From positions 9,238,001 to 9,302,000 of the forward strand of contig JAQFVV010000003.1 in assembly GCA_028023455.1 (NCBI GenBank): DNA of 64,000 bases. Reading direction: 5' to 3'. This stretch comes from Epiperipatus broadwayi. Taxonomy: Eukaryota; Animalia; Onychophora. Position 1 is the stretch's first letter, and every line of letters begins with the position of its first letter. Both the position numbers and the translations under genes were made by a program. Below the pieces are notes generated by a model. It was not told the DNA's origin, did no database searches, and worked only from the letters and a program-made list of their open reading frames with translations. Positions 46,822 to 63,561 of this stretch are shown one piece after another.

Positions 46822-48777
46822 TCGACTCAGCTATTTGTGTACTTTTTCAACTTCTTCATTGTTATAATTAATTAGAAATATATTGGCAGGAGTACATTTT
46901 TCATCAAAAAAATAAATTATATATATATATAATGCATAGCACATTATTCTTTGGGCATATATTTTTCAACTACAGTCATCATTTTAACTACTGAAACCAG
47001 ATATTAAACAGTCACTTGTATATTTGTTTTCTAACATTGTGATGGTACTCTTTGATTGTAGTTGCTCTTAATAGCCATATTTTTAATGCCCATTCTTATT
47101 GTTATTTTGTTATGTCTCATTGTTTTCTCCATTATGTTATTCCTATTTTCTTTAAAATACTTGACATCCTAAAGAAGTGCAACTATTTTTTACAGTGATA
47201 TTTCCATTCATTATATATATATATTATTAAAACCAGTCAACACTTAGACAATCTCATTACTAATAATAATCAACAATCTCAATCTGTTGTCAAGGCAACT
47301 GCCTTTTAACAACAAATATGTATATATATATATATGTGTGTGTACAGTTTCATCATTTATTCTGTATCTTTTCTAAGCTACTACATTCTATTAGTAAATG
47401 TGCAATGTTTTTTGTCCCATATAAATCCAAACAAATCATTATAACAAATTTAAATATTTTCTCTACTTTTTTGTTGCTTATTGTAATTGACTTGTCTTTA
47501 GAATGTCTGCTATAATCTTAAATAATTAACCATTTTTTTTATCTTTAGTATCAGTGTTAATTTAGCTTTTATATAACCCTTAATGTTATTAACAATTTAC
47601 TTTCAAGAGTAGTTACTTCTATTCTTGGAAGTGTGTGAGTGAGAGTATATGAAGTTATGTAATATTGTTGTTATTATTAACCTTCCTATCCAAAAGGTAG
47701 AAGGGGCCTATATTACATCTAAAGACAAATAATGAACTGTTTCATCTGAAATTCTTTTATTGACCAATATAATAATTAAATGGCCAACTAATTATTATTA
47801 GATCAGCTACCTAAAAAAAAAAAAAAATCAAAATTCTCAGCTGCCTAAAAAAATAAATAAATTGTAGTCTCACCCAGATTTAAACAGCTGGTCATAGAAT
47901 GGCAGACAGATAATTCCACTCTACATTATGAAGTTTTTACATAAAAAAAAAAGTCATATTATGATTAGAAGCTTTTGTTTTATGGTTAGTATATCAAAAC
48001 TCAAATAATGAACTTATTTTCAATCTGAAACTTTTTTACTAATCAATAATTGAAAAGACAGCTAGAGTATCTTCGACCAACTACCTACAAAAAAGTATAG
48101 TCTAATTGAACATTTTCAGCCACCTGGAAAAAAAATATGAACAAGCTGGTCATGACAGTCATCCAGATAGCTTCTTCTCTAGGAAGCTCTTACATAAGAA
48201 AAGACAACTGAAATTATATTCAGAAAAAACAACAACATTGAATTCAAAAACAAAAACATTATGATATCCAAGAAGATAAAACGATCAATAAAAGACTGAA
48301 ATAAAAAATAAAAGAAATAATCAGGTAATGGAAAAACATTAATACATGCCAAGTTAAATACAGCAAAAAATAAAATGTTAATTGTATTTATAGTTGTTGC
48401 AAATGCATACTTAGATGTTATTAATAATATTAATTCATCTTTTACATTATAATAATATAAAAAATTAAGCAACTTGTAACATAATTGCTGAGCTTGGAAT
48501 GTGATGGAGTAGATAAAAAATATATATAATTGCTTCTCCTGTATAATTTTTCCAATATGTGCATAAATACACACCTTCAAAGAAGTTAATTGGTAGTAAT
48601 GTGTGTTTTGTCATTTTATTTTGATTTTATATTGGTGTTATTAAAGATCTGTTTTATTTAGACAAATTATTTATTGTAAGCTTAAAATATAATGTGATTT
48701 TTGTTCAAAAGTTATGCAAAAGAATTGGCTGTATTTAATGAAAAATTTAAAACTGCTTCAAAATAAATTATTAATAG

Positions 48778-48928
48778 GTACATCCAGGGGGCAGCATCTC
48801 CCAAAGATATGGTAATTGCAATCGATGCCAGTGGAAGCATGACTGGCCTTCGAATTGAAATTGCTAAACAGACTGTTGGCAACATACTGGACTCCTTAAG
48901 CGATGATGATTTTGTCAATGTTTTCCAG
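48778..48928 (+). CDS. CACNA2D: alpha2/delta exon, VWA domain start with MIDAS ([50 protein letters not shown])
   Basis: TTAATAG acceptor, GTATG donor, phase 2-0, 151 nt; SPKDxVIxxDxSGSM and LSDDDFVNV motifs. Confidence 0.98.
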
Positions 48929-51074
48929 GTATGATTTTTAGCTTTAAAATAATATTTTATTTAATGTAGTTTTTTTTTAATATAAAATAAATAAGCCAAT
49001 TAATTATTTTAATTAGCTAATAAATAAAATAATGCGCTGTTCATCATTTTATAATGAATATCAACCATAAGCTGTTTACCAAACATTTGATTGAATTGAA
49101 AAAATAGCTTATTGGCCAATAATAGCCATGATTTTTTAATTATAAAGAAAATATAAATAAGATAAGGATGAGAAGATATAATAATTTTGTTAAATAAATA
49201 GGCGGAATGAAATAACAAACTACATCTCAATATGATCAATTATTTGTTTACAGATCTCTGCCAAAAGGCATTTTATAGTCTTAAAACTTGATATCCAGTA
49301 TATATTATTTAACACATAAATAAAAGCAGGTCTCTGCTTTAGAATTCTCTCTAGTAAACTTAAGTAATCAGTGATTATCAGATAATAGGCATTTAAATTT
49401 ACATCCCCAATTTTTGCCTCCTCTATCGGTGAACTTAGAATTCAAAGCCAGGACCAATAAAGATATGAATTTATAAACCACCTTAATTTCAGGTTTTCTA
49501 TCAAGATGAAAGCCTGAAATTTATAAAGCTCAAGGTTGCCCTAGATCAGTAACCACAAATTTTAATATACTCTCTTTTTTTTAAACTATAAACATCTTTT
49601 TTTTTAAAAAAGTGAAAAAGAAATATGTATATCAACTTAATGTTTCTTGATAGCAAACAAGAAGTTAAATGTGGTTATCAGATATACAACTGCATTTATT
49701 CCAAATCCTTAATGATAAAATCAAAAGTCAAAAATCAGTATAAGAGTAAGGATTTAAATATAATTACCACTTGGTGAATAAAAGTTACTCAAAATTGCTA
49801 TAGATAGTACTAGAGTAGAGAGTTACCCTTATCTCTTATTTTTATTACAATGTACAAGTTAAAAAATCAACTGGTATTATAATGGTGTATATGTGTTGTT
49901 CCTATTGAAATTTGAGATGTATTTCAGTATGTGGTGAGATGGCAATCATAATTATTTTTCATCTTTCTTGTTTGATTTTTGGATGGTAAATATGTTAACT
50001 TATGAAATACTAACTGTGTTGCTATGACAACAATAATATTAATATAATATTGTTTATTATTAATTATATTGTAAGATTGTAAATTGACTTTATTCATTTT
50101 AAAAAAGGAAAATGAATATGTAGATATAAAGCATATAGTTGGGATGAAATTATTATTCTTTTATTTTATGTTTCATTTTTTGTTACTGTATTCACAATAG
50201 TAAATGATAAACAATACAAATAAATGTTTAATATTTCAAATACATTTGCTCTTTTTATTTGTATGATATTATACTAAGGAAATATGTATATAAAATATAT
50301 TTCCAGTGTAATATATTGAAAATCTGATGTAGATTGTTTAGTTTTTTATCGGAATGAAAAATAATATTGGCATTGTGAAACATAATTTTTTGTTGTATGT
50401 AATAATTCTAAAATATTTATTTTTTATTTGTTGAATAATACAAATTTTTATTAGAGAAATACTACCAGAAATTGCTTAATGAATGAATATTATAGAGGAT
50501 TATTATAGTTATTCTGATATATATATAAAATCTTATAAATGGAATTAAATCATTTGAACTAGTTCTCTCTCTTGTTTTTGATTTAAGTGGAAGCACATAC
50601 AAATTTCTTGATATGATTTTCTTTTTATTTACCTCAAAAATATGTAATTAAGTGAACAAAATAAAGGTGTTTTAAACAACATTATCTGCCTATAAACCAG
50701 GTAACATTATTAAAAAAATTCATGGGAAAATGACAATTTATTATAAAAGGAACAAAAACCACTGAAATTGCTTTATTACATTATGAACTATCAGAATATT
50801 TTTATCTTTTAAAGTGGTTGTTATCTATATTTTAAAGCTGGAATACAAATGTCAGGAGATGTATAAGAGGCATATTTATCTGCCTGTGATTGATCAAATT
50901 TTTCTAAGATATGAATCTGTTTAATTTCTCATAATATTATACTAGATAAAGCTAGCATTGATTCATTTGCAATATTTTGAAATAATATTTGTTCATGAAA
51001 GAATATCTCTTCATATCATCATGAATATAAACTAGTACTTATGTGTATAATGCCTTATAATCCAAATAATTATT

Positions 51075-53079
<2,005 letters not shown>

Positions 53080-56000
53080 TAATTATTATTTGAAAAAATA
53101 ATTTGGATATATATATAACCTTGGAATTGACAAAATGTATTTTGAATTGAAAAGTTCTCATGAATATATTATATCTTCTCTGGAACAAAGTATACTATGG
53201 GATTGAAATTTGAAATATACATTAGAAATCTGGTGCCATTTTGGAAATACAGTATTTAAAGACTCTTATTCAGGTAATTTGTTTACATTTGTCATTATTA
53301 TTGATACATATTTTCTTCTCTTCATTTAAAAATGTAAGATATTTATTGACAAATAATATATAATTTTAAGTTAATTAATAATCTATTTACATACCAAAAT
53401 ATAATAGAGTTATGTTTTTCTAAGTTTAAACTTATATCTTTTGACATAGTAATTATAATTTTTAATAGTTAAAATATTCATTTTTTTAATTATTGATTTT
53501 AAATTAACTTCAGATACACCATTTATATTAAAAGTTTTAAAAAAAGATTTTATCATAAGTATTCATTTTATTTTGTTCTTTTAAATTTTATTAATAAATA
53601 ACTAGATTCATCTTATATTTTATATAAAGTCTAAAAAGAAAGTATATATTAAACTCTGTTGTATTTTGGAAAGTACAAACATCCTGCAATATATATTGTA
53701 TTACTTAGATATATCTGTTTTATATCTCATATTAAATAATTGGAGTTTGATAGCAATCACATATTTAACTATGGAATTAATGTTAATTGATGATTTATTG
53801 TATATTCAATTAGATTGTATGTGTACATATCAATTGTTTATGATCTATTCATCATATACATATATTTTATTATATAATTGACATTCATTTATTAGTAAAT
53901 TTTAATTTAACTTAAAAATGAATAAATTTGACTGATTATTGTACAAGTGTGCAATATAAATTTATTGATTAATAACATTTTAGTAAGACAAAATAAATTG
54001 AATATATCATAAAATTTATTTGAAATCACTGTATCACATAATCTAGAAATCAAATCCTAGGATTGATAAGTAAGTATTGTTTATTTTTTTGTATTGAATT
54101 CTATTGTTATTATCTGATTTGATATAAACTTTATATGATGATCATAATCAAATATTTGCATGTTTTATCTAAATTATTATTTATTGGATAAGTATTGTAT
54201 TAAATTCATGGTTGTTCAATAAGATCTGAATGTTATTCAATTATAAAGTGATAGTAGTATATTTTGTTCTGTTATAAGTCAGAATGATTTGCTTTGATTA
54301 TATTTAAATTTAGTTGATGTGGATCATAAATTTAATGAAATATTAAATTTTAATATTCATACTTGATTATAATAAAAGCTAATAATTCTTTTTATATGTT
54401 TTAATTGTTATAATATACAGTTTTAAATAATTTAGTTACAGGAAATTTAAAATAAATTGATAGGATTAGTTAATTGTAATTAAGTAAATATTCAATAGAA
54501 ATTTACTGCTTCTTTTATATACTGGTATGATTGGATATTATAAATTCAAGATTATCTTATAGTTCTGTTGATATTACATTATTATTAAGTATTTTATTTT
54601 GTTATAAATAGTATGATTAGTAAATTAATATATAAGTATAGCATGGCTGAGTTGGTAATATTATCATTTTATTGAACTAGAATTAAAATTAATTATTGGG
54701 TCATATATTTATGTATGTAAAATGAATATTGTAAATATATAGAACATACTAAAGCTGTTATTTCAGTCATTCATGAATTATTTTATTTAAATATGAACAT
54801 CGTTAAATTTTAGTATAAGTTTATATTATTATAAGCAATGTTTAATTCATTAGGTATATTAGAATTTAATTGTTGAATGATTTATCATTATTTCCATTTG
54901 AATATAAGTGAAATATATCTTCAGCATATATTATTGTTTTGGAACAATATTTGATTTAATTGCTTTATTTTAATCTATCTTAAATAAGGATTGTATTTAG
55001 GGTATCTGAAATGATGACTTTGTTTGTTTTTTATTTATTTTAAATGCTGTTTGAATTCATGATACTATAAGAAAGATTATCATCACTGTTTTGTTATAGT
55101 ATAATTAACAGTCAGACATATAGTTAGATAAAGAATTATTTTAAATTGCTGAATTATTATTTATTGATTAGCATTCAATTAGTTTAGTATATTATATTCA
55201 TTCTATTATGATTCTATTATTCATGAGCATTATAAAATCAGGATTATTTTCCTTTGATATATATTTTATTCAGTTATAAATGCTGATTCTGTCCAACTTC
55301 ATGGCTTATTTTCATTCTATTACATATGATGCCCATCGATTGAGCAATATTTTATTCAGGCTATATTAAACATTATTTTCCAATGCATGTTTTCAATCTT
55401 TACAAATACAGCCTAAATGATTGGGGCTATAACAGAAGTTATCATATATACATATTTATTCTATTACAAATAGCACCACAGTCTGCAGGGGAGAATTAAA
55501 AAGGATCACTCTTTCATGATTTTGTCATATCTGATTTGTTACAACTGGTTCCAAATCTGTGGTGCATAAATAGAAGAGTATATCCTCATTTTAATGTCTT
55601 ACAAATGGCATCCTAAACCTGTAGTGCAACTTTTTATTCTCTTATAAGTGATTCTCTAACTTTGAGGTTAATAATAAGAATTATTTCATCATCGTTTTTT
55701 CATGTCAGCTATAAAATGCTGTCCAAACCTGTAAGATATTTTATTTTGTTGCTATATTTATATATATTGTAACCAGATGGATTACATAACATACAATAAT
55801 ATAGTGTGTGTGCATAAATATATATATAAAGTTGAAAGGAAAAGTAGAAATAAGCACAGACAAAAATTGTAGATATTTTCTACATTCACTGAAATAAAAA
55901 AAATAAAAAATAATAACTCTGATTTAAAATAAAAATTGTTTTATAAATTAAACTTTTGAAAGTTCTGAATAAATATAAATATTGTATTATTATTATTATC

Positions 56001-59000
56001 ATCATCATCATCATCATCCTCCTCCTCCTTCTTTTTCTTCTTCTTCTTATTTTGAAATTTAAAAACAAGTATGGTATTTTTGAAATTTTTTAATTTGTAA
56101 ATTTCTATTATCTAAGTGAAAACATATATATCACACCTTGATAAAATTTCAAGCCTGTTTTCAAAAGGGATTAGAGAGATAAAAATAAAACTATTTTCAA
56201 TCCAGATGTTATCATCTCAGATGATTCTATAAGAGGGCTGATAAAAATATCAGCCACAATCTGAATAGTAGTTTTTTGTAAGAACGGATCAGCTGCAGAG
56301 TTGGTTACAATATTTTGTTACAGCTTGTTGAAGTTTGCAGCAGTTGGTTTTAGCTGACCATAGAGTTGACAGAATAGCTACCATGAACTGATGTAGCTGA
56401 AGGCAGGACAGTAGATTCAGGAACTGCTACTATTTTTCTTCACAGGGGTTTGAATTTACATGGAAAAAATTACCTACTTCTTTGTACTGAAATTCATAGC
56501 CTTAAACATGGATAGGACAGTTGCTTGCCTGAAATCTATCAAACTAAGACAGCTGCTAGCCTGGAATAATCCTAGACAGAAAGAGACCAACTACAGACCA
56601 ACATTTTACATGGATTATACTTTTTCCTGATGATGACAATCACTAAAACCAAACTTAACAAGAAAAATCTTCCAGCTTGCTGAAGAAGTAATTATATATA
56701 TATGCTGACATATCTAAAGGCAGAGAAGCACAGGTAAACATATATACAGCTGTGGTGAGTAGAGTTATATATAATAACAAAATTTTAAATAATTTCTTTA
56801 GTAAAATGACATTTTAGAAATGATGCATGAATTTGTACTTTTCATGTTTATGGTGGGTGTATAGTTGAGCAAGGCTGCCTGGATGCAGTGTGTTCATGAT
56901 GCTCCAAAGTATAGACTTGGCACTGTCTAGACCTAGATGTCCCAGAATAGTCCAGCGGTATATATGTAGGCTTCATGAATAGGCATTGGTCTCATGAATA
57001 GACCTCATCCATAGCCCCTAAGACTCACAAGAGATGAGCAGGGCTGGCTCAATGCTTGATATTTTTTATTCTGGATACTACTCCTTTTGGATGATCTGTC
57101 TAGGTACTTAGAAGGGGCAGTGCTTAAAAATGAGGTATTTTCTTGTGACATTATGGGGCCTGTGTTCTGGTGGTCCATGCTTGGCTGTCTACTTATCATG
57201 GCATGGGGAGCTGCAGTTCATGTATTCACTTTTCCTATTTCACCTTGCCTACTTCATCAGCATTAATTAATCAAGCAGAAAGACATTTTGAAATATATAT
57301 TTTTTTAATTCTATAAAACGATTTTATCTTTCATTTATTAAAAAAAAAAAGAAAGACATTTTAAATCAATCACCAATCATCTGTCAAAAATTTAATAGTT
57401 CTTATTTTAAAGAAAAGGACTATATTCAGCAAAGAGAATCAAAAAGCGAAAATAATCTTTAATAATTTTATTGTGATAAATACAAATATTATGTAGATAA
57501 ATTAATATTTCGCACGTCTGTGCAAATTATATATATATATGTTTCAGTAAACCTAGTATGTAAAATTTATACAATTTAACTGAAACTTTAATCATTTATT
57601 ATATTTTTATATAACTTAAGATTTTGATAATTATTTTATAGCAAGTCAAATATGTTCAGAAATTTCACGCACGCACATGTATGTGTGCATATATCTGTCA
57701 ATTGTATTGCAAACACCAATGTTTGTCAATCATAACACACGTGTAAAATTTAATCATTTTTTTTTTTATAATTAATTGAAATGTTTTCATTGTATATTAT
57801 AAAATGCACATCTATATATGAATATATGTATGCGTTTATAGATCTTTATTAAGAAATATTGTAAACCAATGTAATAACTTTAGTTGTGTACGATTCAAAA
57901 TCAGAACTCTTAACCTATAAGACCTTAAATATCATTTATTTTTTTGTTAATAATAAACTTGTATTCAATTGTTAAAATTGTATTGCATCATCTCTTGGTC
58001 ATATAGAGTAATAGAGCTTAAGTTCTCTGAGCTAGATTCATGCACAGAATGAATATATAAATGGGGATGTGTATTTAGTGCTTTTGGGCATCCAGAGATA
58101 ATCAACCATTATCCTGATTGGCGCTAAAGAGAATACTCTTTAAAGCTCATGCATACTTTATTTTATTTTAGTCTTATTAGAAGTTAAGTTTATAGTTGGC
58201 CATTACAAGTGGCCAGTGCATTGATGATGATCATCATGTTTTAATATCCCAGCATTATTGTTTAGATTTTTCTGGGTATGTATTCTAATAGATGAGCATT
58301 AAGTTGGTACATCCAAATTAATGGTTAAATAATTGCCCCAAGCTGGCAAAGGCTCAATAGTTAGCCTTATCTACAGAAGACCTATTTCCAATCCAGTCAC
58401 AAGGTTGACTGTTGATTTATTGTAATGATTTATTTTAATTGTTGATCATTCATGACAATGAATGGTATTTTCAATAGTACTCATGCTTATTTTGATTTAT
58501 TAATAATGCTGGTTGATGAATTTATAATTATGCTTTTAGTTGCTCTTCTGATCTCTCGAGATCCCTTGATCTCATGTCCTCCTTTGAATATACTACTTGT
58601 ATGTACTTTTGCAAATTAGTAAATATTTTAATTTACTTGGGAGTGATGAGGATTTTCCATCATCCAGATCAAACCAATTTTTGATACCCCCCATCCCATT
58701 ACTATATATATATATATATATATTAAATGTAAAATACAATACCCATTATAAAATATTATATATAAATATAATAAACAAAATACAGTAAAATAACTACAGA
58801 ATTAAAAATGCCTATATAAAACTAAACAATAATTTTTTTGCTATAGCCAGCTTATGGCTTCTTTCACCATCTTGAGTAGCTTTGTACCATTTTTTGGTAT
58901 CTTCAGGTTTATACTTTTTAAATTTCACATATTTGATGACCAAATTAAATCTGCACTGCTAATTCACTTATTAGAATATATCAGGAATTTTTCAGAAAGT

Positions 59001-59109
59001 TATTATTTTTCCTGGTCACACAACCCAGCTTAGAGAAAGAACCAATTTTTAATTTGTTTATCAGGCACCAGGATTCTATACATGAATTCACTGGCTCTCC
59101 CTACCTATC

Positions 59110-59440
59110 TTTATTAGTTGCTATTAAATGAGAATTTGCTGCCATATCATCCTCAGATTTTCAACGATACAGATGGCTGAAGAGTTAGAGAATGAAAAAG
59201 GTTGGAGCTTGTCCATTAAAGTTTGAAGACTTACTATCTTAAAATTAACTGAGCAATGATTATATATGTATTGGAGATGGTGATCTGGACCAACTGATGA
59301 GTGCTTGTTCAGCACAAAATACATATATTGGAGATCATTTATCTTTTTCACATATATGTGGTCATGTGTATCAGTTGTATAAGATGGATTGGATAGCTGT
59401 AGAGAGTTTGAAAGTCTGAGTTCAAGTCCCTTATAAATAA
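59110..59440 (+). mobile_element. Single-arm copy of the 28.6-29.4 kb PLE-type repeat family, followed by (TA)n
   Basis: Shares CAGATTTTCAA, GTCCATTAAAGT, GGAGATGG...CTGGACCAACTGATGA and GAAAGTCTG with 29094-29360. Confidence 0.8.
59281..59337 (+). ncRNA. Minimal type-I hammerhead motif, canonical C3-G8, G12 decayed
   Basis: TGATCT gga CCAA CTGATGA GTGCT tgttc AGCAC AAAA TACATA T A TTGG AGATCA; both CpG sites (CGAAA, TACGTA) are mutated to CA. Confidence 0.75.
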
Positions 59441-59477
<37 letters not shown>

Positions 59478-60790
59478 GTGCAATAGTTTTAATAAATTTT
59501 AATGAGAAAAATAAAAATATGAGAAGAAATTATAATGATATTGAAGGAAGACACTAGGGATATTCTCATATAACTGTTTTGTTCATTAATAATTTTATAA
59601 TGAATCACTGACAACATTTACTTTAAAAGCAATAAAACAGATTATTTAAAATAATTTAGATAAATTATAATTATGATTTATCTCAGATAATAAAATAGCT
59701 GACATTATATCATCAGAAATCATGGTTTAATTCAGAAATATTTAGCTCTCAAGTCTATCCTCTATTACTCTTTTTTTTTTTTTTTCAAAAACTTGTGCAT
59801 GCTTAAGCAATGAAAGAGATAGGGGTGAACTTCAATTTAAAGACATTTAACTCTTTAATCTATTACTGTACTAGTCCATCAAATCAATACACATAATCCT
59901 AGTATTTAATTATAAAAAGCTTATTCTTGTTGGTATATTATTACTTTAATATCAGAGAAAATTATATTTATATACAACTAATAATATATAAGTTGATCAT
60001 GTTCATGGGTTTAGCAAATAAAAATAAAATTAGCCAAGTGGAATAATATTCATAAAATTCCAGGATTTGCAAACCAATAAAATTTCCAAGTTATGAATAA
60101 TTTTAAAATGAATGTTTGTTAATGATTAGTCACAAGTCAAATGCTCTTATTTATATTAGAGTTTATTTTAGATCTATGCTATGGGAACAGGATTTATTCA
60201 TGATTTCAGAATAAAATTCAAATAGGGTGAATTATTATTTATTGTTTGTGCATGAAAAAGCACACAATAAAATTTATTAATTTTGCCAAGATATTTAAAA
60301 GTATTTACATTTGTTTTTAAGGATTTTATGATGCAACTGTAGCATATTTACCTGCCACATACTTATGACTTGAGTTTGAATACAAGATGAATAAACTTCA
60401 ATTTTATTCAAGAATCTTAAATGTTTTTTTAGATAACCAGACCATTGTCAATCCAACTTTGATTACTAATTAGATATTTAGCTATTTTTAGCTGAAGAAT
60501 AAAATGAAGATGGTTATACCATCACCATCTTGCAATTAGGAACCTTTGTAAGTAATGCTTTCTTTTCCATTGTTCTTGAAGAGCTGTTTGAATAGACTAC
60601 AGCAAACTATTTAAAAGCTGCTTTACATTATATATATACATTCACAAATTAATTTGGAAAAAAAAAATATTTATTATATATCCACACTTAGTCTTTTACT
60701 TAAAATTTTAAGCAAGACTTTTTTATTCACAAAAATATTCAAGTAAACACATACATACAACTTTTTATTGCTTTTCTTCATTTTTTTTAG

Positions 60791-60865
60791 TTTAATGACA
60801 CTGTCTTTTACATGGAGCCGTGTTTCAATCAAACTATGGTTCAAGCTAACCTTGACAATAAAAAG
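60791..60865 (+). CDS. CACNA2D: alpha2/delta exon (FNDTVFYMEPCFNQTMVQANLDNKK)
   Basis: TTTTTTTTAG acceptor, GTTTG donor, phase 0-0, 75 nt; EPCFNxTxVQAN motif. Confidence 0.95.
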
Positions 60866-61208
60866 GTTTGTCATTTTAATATATCATTATTTGTTATTTA
60901 TTATGTTTTTAAAATTTCAAGTTTTGTCTCCTGTTAGATTGTACGTAAGCTCGTAATGTTTTTTTTTCATGATTAAAAAAGCAAAATAAAATTCAAAATA
61001 TGTTTGGCAAACAGATTTTGAATTTTATTAACTAATGTCTTTCAATTAATAAAAAGTAATACCTTTTTTGGATAGGAAAATCTAGTTTCATAGACAAAGT
61101 ATATTTTTTGGTGGATTCACCATATTTTTGTAAGATAAATCAGCAATGATACAGAGTTATTGCCTTGTATGATTGCCATTAAGTGGCATTATCAAGCAGA
61201 ATTGTTTA

Positions 61209-61458
61209 GACAAAGTGATTATACAGAAAGTGGATTATTGTTTTTTACGCTGGTTTGGGAAAAGATAAAGGGCATTTAGATATGAAAGCCATGGAGTTGA
61301 CAAAGATTATGTTGTGGAAATGGGATGGAGCAGATTATGGGAAGACATAGGGTGGGGAATGGAAAGGGAAGGTAAAGTGGCTAATTTTTTCTGGACATAG
61401 TTGCTGAGAGATTCCTGATTCCATATAAGGAGAAGTCACAGTGCATCACATCACATCA
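61209..61458 (+). mobile_element. 5'-truncated 3' fragment of the RTE-X-like LINE family
   Basis: Homologous to 1340-1656 and to the reverse complement of 24143-24400; ends GTGCATCACATCACATCA. Confidence 0.85.
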
Positions 61459-63001
61459 GCCTTTTCTGTCTGCATAGTTTGTTGTACATGTTAACCTCAT
61501 GTTTGGACTAAAAAAAAGAAGAAATCAATGACTAAATTTGTATCACTGGATATTGGATCAAGAAGACAATGTGGGAATAACATTGTGTCAGAATGCATTA
61601 TCTAAAATTGAAATAAGTAGTTTAAAATCATCACAAATTTAAATCATAAAAAATAAACATCTGTGCACACTAACAGATGTTTTGATAGACAAATGAAGAT
61701 GAAGTCAATTGCAAAGTAAATGTTATTTACAACAGACTTGGAATTAATAAAATGTGATTCAGATAATTTCTAGAATATCTTACAGAAGGGTGCAAAGAAT
61801 TATTTGGACAATAGTTAACAAATATTGAATCATTGTAGTAAAAAATATACCTGCTTTTTTGAAAAGTTTATTGGAGAGAAAACCAAAAGTTGGAATATGG
61901 AATGGATATATTTGTATTCACCATTAAAAAAAAAAATTAATTATATTCTGTGCAGAAAAAGGGATCTCACTTTCTTGAAAACAACATGTCAAAAATTAGA
62001 TCAGCATGACTTCTTGAGGTCAATGATGTGATAAAATCCTATATGACAGTCCTAGACTTATAAGTTAAAAAATAATCAAGGATATCTTTTGTAAGATATT
62101 TTGTTATAAAATTTGTACTTTTATACTGTAAGATCACTGTTAAAATATTCTAAGAATTTAATTTGAAAAAGACATATATGAATTAAATATTTTAATATTG
62201 TTTCAGACTATTTCATAGATTTAAATGTTCAAAATTAGTTCATACTTAGCCAAAGACATCTATTGCTTAAATATTTAATCTGCCTTTGGATAAAGAATTT
62301 TATGAATTGAGTTGCCAGTAGTGACAAACTACAGGTGATGATGACCAAATGTTATCACTTATTTGTAGTTTCTTGTTGTCTTCTGAGGCAGAGAATGTAG
62401 CATATATTGTAAGCTGAATTTGGGCTGTCAATCTTTTTGATTACTTTAAGATACTTATGAGTGACTGTTTATCAAGAACAAATAAATGAAGCAGTCCAAT
62501 GGCTTTCCTTTCAGCTAACAATCTTTTCATCTGAGAATATAAAAAAGTTTAAGTGTTGAAAATTAAGATAATTATAATTGGGCAAAATGTCTTATTTGAC
62601 AGTGGGTAAACCATTTTGTTCAATACAGAACAATTTTTAAATATATGTAGGACATTGATGATAGCACAAGTAAATTCCAAAAACAATTTATAGCTTACTA
62701 GCCTTCTAATTAAATCAAAAGCACTGTTTGTCCTGCTTTCAAATGTTGTTAAATATGGTACTAAAAGTTGTTTTAAACTTCGTTTTTGTCCCAGAAAAAT
62801 ATTTTTATAAAACTTTGATTATTTGTGTTTATCATTAGTGATGGTCATATCTATGTTGTATAATTATTTCTCATTTTTTGAAGTTAAATGCGTATTTTAA
62901 CCAAGCCTGTAAATTAACATGAAAAAAAATCTTGAACTAAGAAATAAGAAAAGTTTTAAATATTTCTAGAATTTTACTCTAGATGTATAGTATTTATATA
63001 T

Positions 63002-63184
63002 ATATTAAACATTAAATTACCCTACATGGTTAAGAAATCCAGTACAGCCCTCTGTGAACTAATATATAAATACATTGATTTGAGCTGGCTATTTTGAAAT
63101 ACGAACTCTAATGTATTTATATATTAGTTCACAGAGGGCGGTACTGGATTTCTTAACCATGTAGGGTGATTTAATGTTTAATAT
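63002..63184. repeat. Short inverted repeat (75-bp arms, 33-bp spacer)
   Basis: 63002-63076 is the reverse complement of 63110-63184 with two mismatches. Confidence 0.92.
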
Positions 63185-63465
63185 TTGTATATTTATTTCA
63201 GTATAGCGTTATGCACTGGGATTATTATATATATAACTAATTATTTATCTAGCATTGTTTTATTTGTAATAATCATAAGGGAATCATCTTGATACATATG
63301 CTATATGAATTTATAAAGCTGAGGAATACTCTCACTCTAAGATTTATAAATGGATCTACTTATCAGTGGTCATTTCTAACCTTATTTGTTTTCTTTTAAA
63401 ATATACAATACTTTGCATGTAACTTATATAAATTATATATTTTTTGTTGTGTTGTTGGTTTTTAG

Positions 63466-63561
63466 CGTCTTCGAGATGCAATTGATAGCCTAACCGGTAA
63501 CACCAGAGGCATAGCTAACTACGAGGTTGCTCTCACGGAAGCATTTGAACTATTGGCCAAA
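63466..63561 (+). CDS. CACNA2D: alpha2/delta exon (RLRDAIDSLTGNTRGIANYEVALTEAFELLAK)
   Basis: TTTTTAG acceptor, GTAAGT donor, phase 0-0, 96 nt; GIANYxxALxEAFELL motif. Confidence 0.96.

Noticed and set aside
56627-56730. CTGATGA and CTGAAGA motifs as hammerheads
   Set aside because: No GAAA at the proper position and no consistent stems.
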